Shown here piece after piece: positions 36,987 to 49,592 of a DNA stretch of 64,000 bases. The notes beneath the pieces were generated by a model. It ran no database searches, had not been told where the DNA came from, and was given only the letters and a program-made list of their open reading frames with translations. The stretch comes from Asterionella formosa (Eukaryota), in NCBI GenBank assembly GCA_002256025.1, contig NKIB01012180.1:1-64000 (forward strand), written 5' to 3'. The translations under genes were made by a program, and so were the position numbers. Numbering within the stretch: the stretch's first letter is position 1; each line of letters begins with the position of its first letter.

Positions 36987-38378
36987 CTATAATTTTGTTA
37001 CAGCAATGCTGATATCGTCTCTGTATTGTAGTTGTGTTGCCTTCCACTTTAGTGATGCAAGTGATATTAGCTGCTCGCATCCACATAAAAGCGAGCTTTT
37101 CTCCTGATACATGGCTCGTGCGAGGTGATCGGAGACTACCGATGGGTTGACAAGATCAAACAATCCATCTGTTGCTGCGACCATGAAGACTTTGAGTGCT
37201 CCAGACTTTGAAACTTTATCCAAATCAATGACATCGACTGTGGGGTCAGCGATGATGCCAACGAGTTCCCCTCCTTTATCCCCAATACTCCTGCTCATTG
37301 CAAGCGCAATGGCCGAGTCTATTCCATACGGGATGAGCACTCGCGATGATTCTAGATTTTCCAATTCCGGCAACGTAATCGTGCCTCCAGCCTTTTCAAT
37401 CCGTTCCCGCTCTTCTGGAAGGTGTGGCTTGTGCGGCTTGGTTTGGAAGATGGTTTTCACCTGTCTTGATGACACATTGTATGCTGCAACAAACGCAAGA
37501 GAATCCCCTGTGTTGGCAACGTATAATTTGCGCCCCAGCTTCAACATTAGTATAGCGGTTGATCCTGAAAAACCTTTGGAAATAACGTTGGCATCCATTT
37601 CTATTATTGTCGCTGAAAGTGCAGCTTTAACAGCATCTTCTGAGTCTAGCGCCCGTTTCTCAAGTTGATTGGTTAGCATTCTGGGTAATTCTAGAGCAGC
37701 ATAGTGCGAGGTGACATGACCTTCCTCTCCGTGACCGTCAAACAATCCCATAATTATAGGAGGCGACTTTGCTTGCTTGAACCAGAACGGTGATACAATT
37801 AGAATCCGATCTTGATTCATTTCTGAGGCCCCAGCGGATCCTTTGTACCCTTGTCGCGTCAGCAATGCATGTTGTTCATCCACACTAGCAGGAATTCTCA
37901 ATTTTTTGATAATCTCTTTATTTATCACTGCTTCAGTGTCTTGAGTTGTAACTATAGGGATGATTGGGTCAATAACGTGGTCCTTCGAGGCGGAACTCTC
38001 GCTTGAAAGCATTTCATCACGAGAAATGAAGCTACTCATTTCCACCATGGGAAAGTATATTCTGCAAGGGTTGGAAATGTGTAGTGCACATTCCTTGGTT
38101 TCGTAGTAGGTATATGCTCCTGTTGGGTTAACTGTTGCATAGGTCTTTTTGGACCTGTCGCTTTTCAACCCCATCCATGGCTTCGTGGCGGAGAGGCTTA
38201 CTAATGCTATATCCCGCCGTATTTTTCCTCGCGTCTCAGTGGGCGAGATCATTAAAACAAGATACATTGTGTACACAGCAAAACCAATCACCACTGTAAT
38301 TGAAATCAGTCCCTTCCAAAGAAGGCGGCCTGGTCGCACCTTTTGTCTGCTGCTCCTTGTTGGTGCTGATAGGATCAT
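36987..38378 (-). CDS. PP2C (PPM) family phosphatase with N-terminal membrane anchor
   Basis: First ATG at 38378; basic stretch then TM (LISITVVIGFAVYTMYLVLMI); MNQDR, GLFDGHG, ANTGDS, LAMSRSIGD, AATDG, YRDDI. Confidence 0.9.
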   Translation of the reverse strand: MILSAPTRSSRQKVRPGRLLWKGLISITVVIGFAVYTMYLVLMISPTETRGKIRRDIALVSLSATKPWMGLKSDRSKKTYATVNPTGAYTYYETKECALHISNPCRIYFPMVEMSSFISRDEMLSSESSASKDHVIDPIIPIVTTQDTEAVINKEIIKKLRIPASVDEQHALLTRQGYKGSAGASEMNQDRILIVSPFWFKQAKSPPIIMGLFDGHGEEGHVTSHYAALELPRMLTNQLEKRALDSEDAVKAALSATIIEMDANVISKGFSGSTAILMLKLGRKLYVANTGDSLAFVAAYNVSSRQVKTIFQTKPHKPHLPEERERIEKAGGTITLPELENLESSRVLIPYGIDSAIALAMSRSIGDKGGELVGIIADPTVDVIDLDKVSKSGALKVFMVAATDGLFDLVNPSVVSDHLARAMYQEKSSLLCGCEQLISLASLKWKATQLQYRDDISIAVTKL

Positions 38379-41300
38379 CACGTTGCTCAAATCAGCGGAA
38401 GAAGGAAGCGATATCGCAGCAACTGCTATGATGTGGCATTGGGAAGGAATCGATGTGACCAAAAGAACTCAAGCCTTGTAATGTCGTTGGGAATGAACAA
38501 TAAATTGAATTGCATCAAATATGTTGCTGAAGCTAATTGTTTAATACCGGTACATATTGACTACCGCGGTAAAGCTACCAGTTACCAAGTACCTGGTACC
38601 TGTCACCGGCAATCATAAAATGGTCCTGAGCGACACCCAATGATAATCCTCCGTATGATAGCACCTGTTCTGCTCTTGTAACCATCAGAAGCCCCATTTT
38701 TCGTATATACAGAAGTACTCAATTTATAAAGCAGTGACTACATAGAATTTCCCGGAATATTTCAAGACTTCGTTCCTGCTCATAGTACTTGAAATGGCTA
38801 GCTCTCTCCAAAATAGGCATGCAAATATATATGCATATCATTACATATCAATCAACCTCCTCAATACATTGATCGTCACTCCTTCAGATTTCGACAAATT
38901 CTTCATCTTCTTCCAGTCAAAGGAGACCAGTCAGGGAGGGCTTCCCTTCCTTGCCAAGGCTGCTTGAACATCACTGTCATCAACAAGAACAACAACAGAT
39001 TCAACCAGAAGAGGGAGAAGAGGAGGATGATGAAAGATGAAGATGACACTGGTGCTGACGAGTTTGCCAGCAGCAATGAGGACAGCAGGATGGAAGCATG
39101 CAGAGTTGGCTGGGGTCAACAATTCAGGGTAAATGAGATCCTCTCATTGCTGGACTCTAGTGACAACAAATAACCTTGAATCAATTCGTTCTAAGATAAA
39201 AATGAAAGTAGTGCTGATGAAAATTCATGATAAATAAATTCTATGAATTACATGGCATATCTATTGTTAGCATTCCTATGCAAACAGGGCATATACACTG
39301 AAGCAATTTGGTTCTTACCAACTTTGCTAGCACGAAAGTTGTAGAGCAATACAATGATCATTTGGAGTATGAACTTTCTCTCACCTTTTCTTTGTAACAA
39401 AATTTTCTTTTGATTCTTGGAAATGATCCCTGAAGATATCGCATTCCCCATTCCGACAGCTGTTGGATTAAGGTGGCTTGGCGTTTTACACCAAATCTTT
39501 GTTGAGGATTACCTTTTGCTTCACAACCACTTTTTTACCTGTATCCCTGTTAACTGTTTCAATTTGATCTGGTGGAATTATTGTAACCACGCGTTGATAT
39601 AGACATATGATAACAATGAAACATAAATGATAATGACACAACAATCATGTCATAAAGGCTTAAGGAACAATAGTACAATCATTCAAATCGTCGTCATTGC
39701 TTGAGTGGTGTTGAAGACAAAGCGAAAACGGAGCAAGTGATGATGATGATGACAACAAGATCAATGCATTTGCTGGTAGATTATCGTAAAAGGGAAATTT
39801 AACTAAAGGAACAAAAAGAAAACAATACATATCATATTTTAACATTTTAACATGCATAGTCGAAAAAGGGTTCTATTTTATATATGGAATCATTTATTAC
39901 ACATATTAGATGATATATTGAAATTATATGAACTTAAAGCAATGGAGATTGTATGACAAAGTGAGCGCATCCTAATAGTTACAACTAACTTACGAATGAG
40001 TAAACTTTGGGTGGCATTACCCAGCTCCCATCAACCACATGACATTATTCTGGTATAAATGAGCCAGGCAATATAGAATTTTTTGAAGACCGATAGTTTG
40101 AATCCAATAATCAATGGTTGTAAACATATTGTCAATGAATGTGAGGTAGACATCAATGGGTAATTCTGCACATGTATGATCTGACAAATGCAAACAGCAT
40201 TTGTAGACTAGTTCATTTGATTATTCCATTCGAACAAAAATAATAACTAGCATAGCAACTCACAATAAGAATATAGAAATAAAAAAATGAATGTCTCTAC
40301 TGTCTAGAGCCTATTTTTTGTCGAACAATAGATCAATCTAGGAAAGTTAATACTTTATCAAATATATTTTAAGTGAATTCGAAAAGGAATCTTTGCATGT
40401 ATGCGCAAATTTCCTCTGATTTAAATATTTCAAACATTATTATTTAATTCATACTACTAATGATCACATAAATGTTTCCAGTTCCAGGGAATTTCGGCAA
40501 CGCTAAGCCATCCTTTAATTTTGTCTAGGGTTTCAGATACAGCAACCTTAAAATTTCATTTCGTATTTTTAGCATGACAGCCAGAACAACGGTACCTGAT
40601 CCTGTATATATAGTAATGTAAATGATGAGTGGTTAATTGAAAAATGAGCATCATGAGAATGATTGAAATGTAGGTTGCTTTTATCAATAAAAAATCAACA
40701 TAATGTTTGGAGCAACCAAAGTATCATGATATAGAATGTAATCGGAAATGTCAAATTCAAAATTAAAAGATTTTTTTGGGGATAAAGTTGAAATGAGCAA
40801 TATAAGTTTCTGAGAGTTTTCCTTTGTAGTAACTACAAAGTAATTGTTTTTCCATAAAACAATCAAAGAAGGAAATAGCACAAAAAAGAGAAGAAACCCT
40901 GAACCCAATTGAAGATTTAGTTTGTTTTATAGAGAAAATGATCTGTTTGTTGGAACCATGCTGCACATAACTGTGTTAATTACTAGTATAGAGTAGATGA
41001 TATGGCTTTTGAGCCATGAACATAGCTGTAGCTTGATAATAGAATACAGGCAGCAGAAGTCTTTCCACCCACGGTTTGAACTTAACAAGCAAGAACAACA
41101 ACCCTGATCATTCCATTCTGTATGTGATCACCAGGGTACTCCTCTATTACCTCCTCTATTGAATAAGTAATTATTGCTACTAAATGCTGAAACATAGCCT
41201 GTTATACAAACTCTGAGAAGAAAGATTACAAACTGAGTTAGTACAAGAAAATCATTGCTTAGTGGCAATAATGTTAACATCATCATTTACAAAACCTTGA

Positions 41301-41812
41301 CAAATCAATAAACAGTTTCTGAAATGATAACTTCAAAGACCAGGCACTGATGTAATTTACATTGGCCTTCTATAAGAAGATACAACCGAATCAAGAGTGT
41401 CAGAATGGAATGAAAGATTTACAGATGCAATCAAAACATAGAACAGAAGCAATAAAATCACAATTTGGTCAAATAGTACCTACATAGATGCCACATTCTG
41501 TGTTTCAGTTTCAGTGTTAAAATTACCACTGATCTGCTATTGTTAGCTGTCATAAAAAGAGCAAATGATGTGATCAATTGAAAGTCAAAAGGTTTTTATT
41601 TGAGCAATTTCAGGAAGAATAAAATGAGAATTATATTTGTGATGGCAAAATTGGGCAAACTAAAAATCAAAAAATGTTTAATTTAATTTAACTTTCTGGT
41701 CTTGTGAAGATAATACTGAGCCCAGCATTACAACATGTTCAAAAAGTAAGAGTTAAAGTTTAGTGATAACTATGCATGCTTATCTTTATTTCTGTTTGAA
41801 TATGTAGGCTAG

Positions 41813-42330
41813 CTACATCCCTAGAGTAACCATTAAGTACAAATGTCTGGTGCAAACCTTGCTGCCAAAATCAGATATACATCTAATGGAATCATCCATT
41901 TTCCAAAGTTGTGTGTATGATGCAATGACATGAAAAATCCCACATGAATTTGAGTCATACAACAACCAACTGCATCTGTTTGACAACTCATGACAGTGAA
42001 ATTTTTTGATAAACTCATTTTTTATCACTTGGCATGATGGATGTTGATTTGCATCATCAAAGGTGGACATCAGGAAAAGGTCAAAAACAAAGTGGATACT
42101 TCATATATTTTTATCAAATCTGTAGAGTATCTTCATTTTTTTTAATTAGTACATCAACTGCATGTTTTCACACTAACCTGACTGAAAAGCTGAGGGGTGA
42201 TTGGTGTAAATTGTAATGCCAAAATGGAAATATATGAAAGAATCAAAACATATTTTAATCATGGGCAATAGCAGACCCATTGTAAATTTCAACATGAAGA
42301 TAGGAAATATGCAAATATATTTTTTATGAG
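41813..42330 (-). pseudogene. Decayed intron-containing gene fragment, possibly Ulp1/C48 protease-like
   Basis: CAG|GTTAGT...TACTAAT...CTACAG intron (~42177-42120). Fragments LLLPM...FHFGITI and DSNSCGIF, with an in-frame TGA. Confidence 0.25.
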
Positions 42331-42570
42331 CAATAGCAAGCTGCAAAGGACACTTAGGCTCAATCAATTGGCAGTAGGTAGTGAATGCCATGCCAGTTGT
42401 GAATGGCCTCATCAATACCCTTCTCCTATTCACAGTCAACCTACTCATGCCACTCAGCCTTGCATACATGTATACTTGCAGGCATGAGACCACCTCAGGC
42501 TTGTATTGCCTTCAGTAAATGAGAGCTGTTTGCATAGATAATGACAATCAATGATTGATCTGAGATGGGA

Positions 42571-44486
42571 CTAACAGTTGCCATCATCATCACTGTCACT
42601 TCTTGGTCGTTTATGGGTTGGCAATGCAGAAATCTTGATATTGTTATTCTTCTCCCACTTGAATGGGTAAGCATACATTACTATCTTACCCTTGTCATTG
42701 AGTCTATGGTAAGACTTGGATGCAAACAGTGGGACCAGAGAAGACAGAAGGTGCTCCACCACTGGAACAGAAAATGAGTTCCCAAGCAAATGTTCACAGA
42801 ACTCCTGTGCATTCAACAAGGTTTGGGTTTTCCCAGTTTTGGGAGTACCAATCCTTAACTTTACCTTCTTTTCATCAACCAAGAAACCAAAGGACTCACC
42901 ACTGAAGTGATGGTATTTGGGGTGCAAAGATTTGTGCCAAGGGTCATCATCCATTACAATCTTTGAGAGTGCATCATCATACAAAACATTGAAAAGCTCC
43001 TCAACTTCAAGATGAAAAACCATCATTGAGCACAAATTTTTTTAGGAATTGTTCCAACCATAACCTTGCCACATACCTGCACTGGTGTAATTGTCTGGAA
43101 AACCCATCATTCGTTCACGTTCTAATACAGAGAAATGGGATTGTTCAAATCTACTTCCATGTGACCTGACTTTCATCATTCTTTCATCTTTTAATCTTCT
43201 CTTAGATGCCATGAACGTGTTTGCCTTTTGATGAGACACTTTTGCTTTGATTAACGGGAGTTGCCAACCATCTTCGAGACATGTACTGGGTGATGATTGG
43301 CTCCAAGGTCCACTAAAATCAAAACTATTTACCTCAAACTAAAAAAGGGAAAATTGGTGGTAAGATTCAGGTGTTTCATCGAATTTTCATTCACAACAAC
43401 TCTCAAGGATATTACTCACATTCAACCGATAGCTGCGATTTCTTCTGGTAGGAGAAAAGTAGCATGCATCTATTTCAATGACTGGACCATTCTTAAAGGC
43501 ACAATCAACTTCGCTAGAATCTTCCCGACGAAGAATTACATTTTCAATCAGATAAAAGATGGTCCTGGACTGCCGCCGTTGAAGCTCCTCGATGAATGAA
43601 GCAAGCATGATGATGTACATGCCTTGATTTCCTTGGGTCCCTTCCCTGTTGGCATTGATAAGGCAATAGTCTTGACATGGTGGCCCTGCAATGATCAAAT
43701 CAATGGCTGGAAATTTTGAAAAGTATTAGCAAATCAAGTATCAAGCATAGCTTGAATGAATAAAAACAACTTACGACCATATTCCAATGCCATTTCAACA
43801 CTGAAATCTTCAAATTTGTTAACATAGGTGTGAACAATACCATCATTCGGTAGCTGAGGATTGTAAAGGGAATCATGGTTGTTCCTAACAACATGCGTTG
43901 CAACAGAATTATGTTCAACATGAACATGCCGCTTAATGTCAATATCCAGCCTCTTTAAAGCCACCAGCGCTGTCCCAATACCACCGAATAACGACAGTAC
44001 CACCATTGAGGGTTTTTTCGTCATTCTTGAGCGCTCCTCCAGAATTTTCCTGAATTTGAAACGCCTGTGAACGTACATTTCACTTGTTTCTAACATTGAT
44101 ATCGGATCAGGAAGATCTTGATTATTAAAAAAATAAGCCTGTTGACACTCAGCATTCCGTGTTTTTTCATTTATGATGGATTTCCCAATCATTTCGTTCC
44201 CCGTATCCTCAGAATTTTTGCCATCCTGATAGACAAGCTTCTCTAATGCCAGCATCAATGGTGGCTGCCAGGTTTGTCGATTATTTCCGATTTTGTGACA
44301 GCATACCCGATGGTAAAGTCCAACCTCAGTTCCAAGTTCTGGGGATACGACGTGATCGGATGGCTCCTCACATTTGCATTGGAAGCAACAAAATGCCCAT
44401 TCATCATCTGCTATGAAATCTGTACGACAGACAGATTCTTCCTTTCTCAAGCAATCATGATAACAACCGGTATCATCGTCTTCCAT
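42571..44486 (-). CDS. DNA (cytosine-5) methyltransferase, DNMT3-like, 4 exons, 564 aa
   Basis: Exons 44486-43775, 43706-43420, 43338-43077, 43004-42571 splice in frame (1695 nt). Motif I VLSLFGGIG, IV GPIDLIIAGPPCQD, VI IENV, VIII SPTRRNR, IX ERERMMGFPDNYT, X LLGNSFSVPV. Confidence 0.9.
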
Positions 44487-45931
44487 TATTTTATTTCACA
44501 ACCAGGCAGTATGAATGAATAATGTAAAGCAATGGCTGGAAGGCGACGATTGAGGAATTACCGGTAGGAAAATCCAATCATTCATTTACAATTTTCCGCC
44601 AAGCGCAATAGATATTGAGCAAGAACCAACATCAAACAACGTACCGGCACATCATGATGAGGCCAGCAAGTCGTGCCTGGTACCTGGTACCTGTGACCGG
44701 AAATAAGATATGTATTCAGATACCAGCAGGGTACAAGTTACCTGGTAGGTAGAGTTGACCTGACCTGTTCGACACAATCTTGGGGCAAAAACTCGTGCGC
44801 CCACCATTTTCTTCAAAACGGCAATATAAAAGTGCGGAATCGATAGCTGACCCTTCGTACTATCTAAAACTTTTTTCCATTTAAAAAAGGTTGCATATTT
44901 TTAAAGTTATGGTCGTTTCCCAAAAAAAAAGTCCATTTTCGGGAATACCAGAATCCTTATCAATTCGCCAAGTACGACGGGTAGGCGCGCCACGGGTGAA
45001 ATGGAAACAATTAAAAACACGGTAGATGTACTAGCTAAATATTTAAAATGGTAGAATCACGTGCAAAATATGTAGTCTTGTGTGCGTGAACTCCTCTTTA
45101 CACTAGTTTAGTAGTTTAAACTGATGCTATGGGGGTTACAGTAGTCCTCTCCTCTCTACAGACACCAACAGATGCTTTAACAGCATTTATCAATCCCTCT
45201 TTGTCCAATTTCATAACATTCACTGGTCGAGGGCCAGTGAAATACCTCAACATGAATGTCCTGGAGCTGCTTGTTTGTCCACACCATAGCAATCAGATCC
45301 TCATTTTTTATGGCTGCATCAATCAGTGAAAAAATATCAAGCAAAATTGAAAGCTTTTTCTGATCCAATGATGCTACAGCTGCCAACTTCTTTCCCTCCT
45401 TACCCTGGGTTTCAACTTTATTTGCAATTGACCTTTCTTCCTTTGCCCAGTCATTTTCTCCACAAATCTCACCAACAATAGACATGACTTCATTCATCTT
45501 TTTAACTCTTTTCATTTGGCGTTATGAATTCAATACCCTTGAGTAGCTGGCCACATTGCCCTTTAACATTGTCTGCAAATAAAAAATATCGTACTTATAA
45601 GATCAGGGGTATCATACGATAACTGGCACAGAATTTTTCTGTGCATGATACATGTTTTGTTATATGTATGATAAATGCATACTATGAAAGTGAACAGGCT
45701 AAGCGTACTCATAATAACCAAACCACCATATAATTATCAAAACATTATCCTATGATGTATATTCTTTTATCAAATACCTATCCTGCCTTATTTGATGGTA
45801 ACTCTAATCGAAATAGCAGTTAAAAATAGGTTGAAATGAATTGTAATTTTACTGTTATATCACGAAATCATTTTTATGCTTCTACATTTTGTGTGGTTAA
45901 ACAGCCAATATTCCCCTTTTCTATTCTTGTC

Positions 45932-46150
45932 TCAATGCTCTTGATGCATGCCTCCTGCCTCCCTGCAATGCTCGTGAGGATGCATGCCTCCCCCGCTTCC
46001 CTTCAATGCTCTTATGGATACATGCCTCCCTCTTCCCTTCAATGCTCTTGAGGATGCCTGCCTCTCCCCCGCTTCCTTTCAATGCTCTTGAGAATGTATT
46101 GCATCCTGCCTTCAACTCTCTTGATGCATGCCTCCCGCCTCCCTTCCACT
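45932..46150. repeat. Minisatellite, about six degenerate 33-39-bp units
   Basis: CAATGCTCTTGA(GG)ATGCATGCCTCCC..CTTCCCTT repeated. Confidence 0.9.
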
Positions 46151-47239
46151 CAGATTCTGAAACTCATCTGACTTCATGCTGCGAATCCCATTTCCATTTG
46201 ATCCGATTCTGTTTTATCTATTTTGATTTCCTAATCATAACAACAATGAGAAGGAATTACTCGCTCGTTAGCCATGTTTTGTTTATATCTCAACACTGCA
46301 GTCCCATTTAAGCCTGCTCCACTTACCAGAAATCGATGAACTTTTCGCATAATGCAGTAAAATAATGTATCAGTCAATGATCACATAAGTAAAAATCAAT
46401 AAACCATTCCACCAATAAAAACGTCATTCATAACTTACAACAAAAATCTTTAATTAAAATTATCCTGAAAGATTGAAAAACAAACATATGTCAGTGATTT
46501 CCTAACAGTGGCTCATTAATCCAACAAGAGCATTTACAAGTTTTTGGTCGACATTGGTGGTATCCCGCTGAATGCGAAATGTGCTTTTGAATTGCTAGGG
46601 AAGGAGGCAATCATTTAGTCTTTGTGAACCCAACAATTGATCACCTTGGCATGTACTCCTGATATCATACTACCATAGCTAGATTCAGTTCACTTTTCCT
46701 TTTCCAATCCTTCTAAGCCGCAAGGTTTATCATCATTGTGTGCGTTGAAGCGTCGTTCTTTCAGTTTTCCTTGCTTGTCACAGGGCAGAGATGATCTTTC
46801 ATTTCAGGATCATGTGGTACTACTGGTAGGCATAACAAGGAACCTCTAAACATGATTTCAAATGTATAGGCTATGTATACAATTAAAAACATATAAATAT
46901 ATAGACATAATGTTTATACTATCATCAATTAAGCTTATACATAATTCAAATATATACAAGAATGCATGAGGATATCATTGTTTTCCACGACCTGATGTAC
47001 AGTCATTGAATTTTTCCGCATCAATTCTTGTACCTACAAGTAAGTAATTTAATTAAGCCCCTCAATTAGCGGGAGTCATACGAAATTTTTCATATGATAC
47101 AAATCATAAAATATTTACCGGTTGATGAATTGCTCGAATCTATCTTTATGATTTACAGATCATTCCTCCTGGTTAAAAATGATTGCCAATAAATAAGATC
47201 ACAGATGACAAGTTTTAGCTCGTTTGATCTTACTTTTAA

Positions 47240-47470
47240 CCTAAGTACGAGATGACAATAGATATCAATGTCACCTTGTTTGTACGAGAACAACGTGTTA
47301 TTGCGTCCCCTCCATCACCAATAGACGATACCAATGTCATCACCTTGTCTGAACAAGAACGTGTTGTAGCCTGAGTACGAGGTGACAATAGATACAATTT
47401 CACCTTGTTTGTACGAGAAAGTGTCATTGCGTCCCCTTCATCACCAACAGATACCAATGCCACATTGTTG
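47240..47470. repeat. Tandem ~130-bp duplication with internal sub-repeat
   Basis: AGTACGAG(A/G)TGACAATAGATA..CACCTTGTTTGTACGAGAA..ATTGCGTCCCCT.CATCACCAA..GATACCAATG occurs twice. Confidence 0.88.
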
Positions 47471-47550
47471 TATGACTACGTGATATTGTATACCCTCAAT
47501 CACCTTTAGATACCGGTATACCAAAGTCACTCCCTACTAACCCTATTCCT

Positions 47551-47815
47551 ATCATGGGCATGATTCAAATTCAAATCAATAGTACATGTAGTACGTTTAC
47601 ATAAAAATATCTGTGCAACATACCGGTATATATGTGTCACTATGATGGACATGATTTGAATTCAAATCAATCGTATGCATACTGGTACGTACGTTTACAT
47701 GCAAAAAAATTTGTGCTACATATATACCGGTAGGTATCCCGATGATGGGCATGATTAAAATTCAAATCAGTTGTGTACATACGTTTACATACAGAAATAT
47801 CTGTGCAACATATTG
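47551..47815. repeat. Three tandem ~92-99-bp copies
   Basis: ATGG(G/A)CATGATT..AATTCAAATCA..TACGTTTACAT..TGTGC(A/T)ACATA at ~47553, 47645, 47744. Confidence 0.9.
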
Positions 47816-49592
47816 GTACTACCAGGGTACCAGGTAGTACAATACTAGATGGTGATACAATAGACAGTAGTACCTGGTACCAGTACTCACACACAAGTAG
47901 ACTCAAACATGAATATGCACATACCGGTATGAATATATATTATGTCTTCTAAGCTATAGATTACTACAGCAGCTATGTACACACACCCATGTACGACTGT
48001 CCTACTCATGCAACAGGCATTCAGATTGAGTGGTTGTTGATGTTTGCAGCCAGTGATGGTATACATATAAAAATACATGTATCGATATATATACATACAA
48101 TATTCTACATGACGACAAATATTATTCATATTAGATGATAAATCAAATTTATATGATCATATGATCGCCATTATAAGATGCATCACACGAATTAGATGTT
48201 TTCTATTTGCAGACGATATTGATTCTCCATTTTGCAATGTTCTCCTTTGCTCCAACACCGATTGCATCAGAAATTTCAAAAGCAATACCTTGAATCTCAT
48301 CCCTCTCTGAAAATGTTGTTAAAGATCTGGGTGTAGGACAAGGGCGCTGCATTTCTATGTTTGGAATTCCCATCAAATTTTTTTTTGGGTTGCCAACCTG
48401 CAGTCATTTCCTTGCATCATACAATGTTGATCTCAGAACTCTTTGAGTGCGCATCATGATAATTGTATCATTCCCTCCCATGTTGTTCAATTCTTCTAAC
48501 AGTGCTTTGATGTTACCAGGCAAGTTCCAGTTCTTGTAAATATCGCAAAGATTCTTCATCAAAACCAGAGATTGACTCACTAATTTTTCAACATCAACCA
48601 TCATTGTTGTTCTTGCTTTTGCTGTTACTGTCATTGGTTTCTGGTGGGACAAATCAGAATGATCCTTTGTAGGTCGTCTGCGCCATAAAGGAATCCATCT
48701 TACAGAACAAGTAAACAAGGAAATGAGCGCATTGAAATAACTCTGGACGTTTGTTGCTAATCACTGGCATTGTTACTCACTGTCATATGTCACCAGACCA
48801 TTTCAGCCTTGCCTGTTCTTGCCTTATCTTTGGCCTCCCAGACATGGTTTGATTGTTGGAATTGAATGTGCAGTGAGCGAAATGAGTAAGTAATGCAAAC
48901 TAATGAAGATGATAAACATTCATCCACCAGTGCGCAAAAATCTGAGTTTGCAATGAACATAAAACATCTTGTAGTACTGCTATACTAGTGTACCTTTTTA
49001 CGACGGATTCGGATAGTTCGCGCCAGCAAGCATTAGCAGGATTCGAAATCATTCATAATTATGAAAAAATATTATAGATTGAATTAACTAAAAATAATAG
49101 AAGATCCTACGGAAGTTCTTCGGGGGCTGTACTACAAGGTGAAATCCAAAATTGGTCAGGGTGCCGGTTTGGTCAACTCTACCTGGTCCCGGAGTACGAG
49201 GTACCAGGACCAGGTACAGTAACCTTCGCGGTACGCTGTTGTGGGGTGCATGTAGTTCGAATCCAAGAAGTCATGCGGCCGGTGCTTGTGTCTCCACGAC
49301 ACGACTACTGGTACAGGAGCCACAATGGCTACCGGTACATGGAGAGTATTTCTTGTACCAGGAGGTACTTCCAAGCAACAGAACCAGGTGATACGCACAG
49401 GCAGTATTACTGGTACCTGGTACCAGTAGTCCGGTACCTGTTAGTAAACCTTGTACCAGGTACAAGTATACCTGTATAATAGCAGTACGTAGACTATGGT
49501 ATATTATTAGGATATGTTGCAATCAGCTTTATATCAGGGACCACACGGAGCTATGGGAGACCGCACATCATAAATCACTTTTTCACTCCACC

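Larger units (their letters stand above)
44747..49184. mobile_element. ~4.4-kb non-autonomous TIR element carrying internal tandem repeats
   Basis: Perfect 14-bp inverted repeat AGGTAGAGTTGACC (44747-44760) / GGTCAACTCTACCT (49171-49184), with weaker continuation (CAATnTTGG). Target duplication ambiguous. Confidence 0.65.

Noticed and set aside
38597..44706. TACCTGT(C/G)ACCGG(C/A)AAT at ~38597 and ~44688 as termini of a DNMT-carrying element
   Set aside because: Short, direct rather than inverted, and embedded in low-complexity palindrome arrays where chance matches are likely.
47551..47815. Regularly spaced repeats resembling a CRISPR array
   Set aside because: The whole unit is repeated, there are no unique spacers or cas genes, and the context is eukaryotic.
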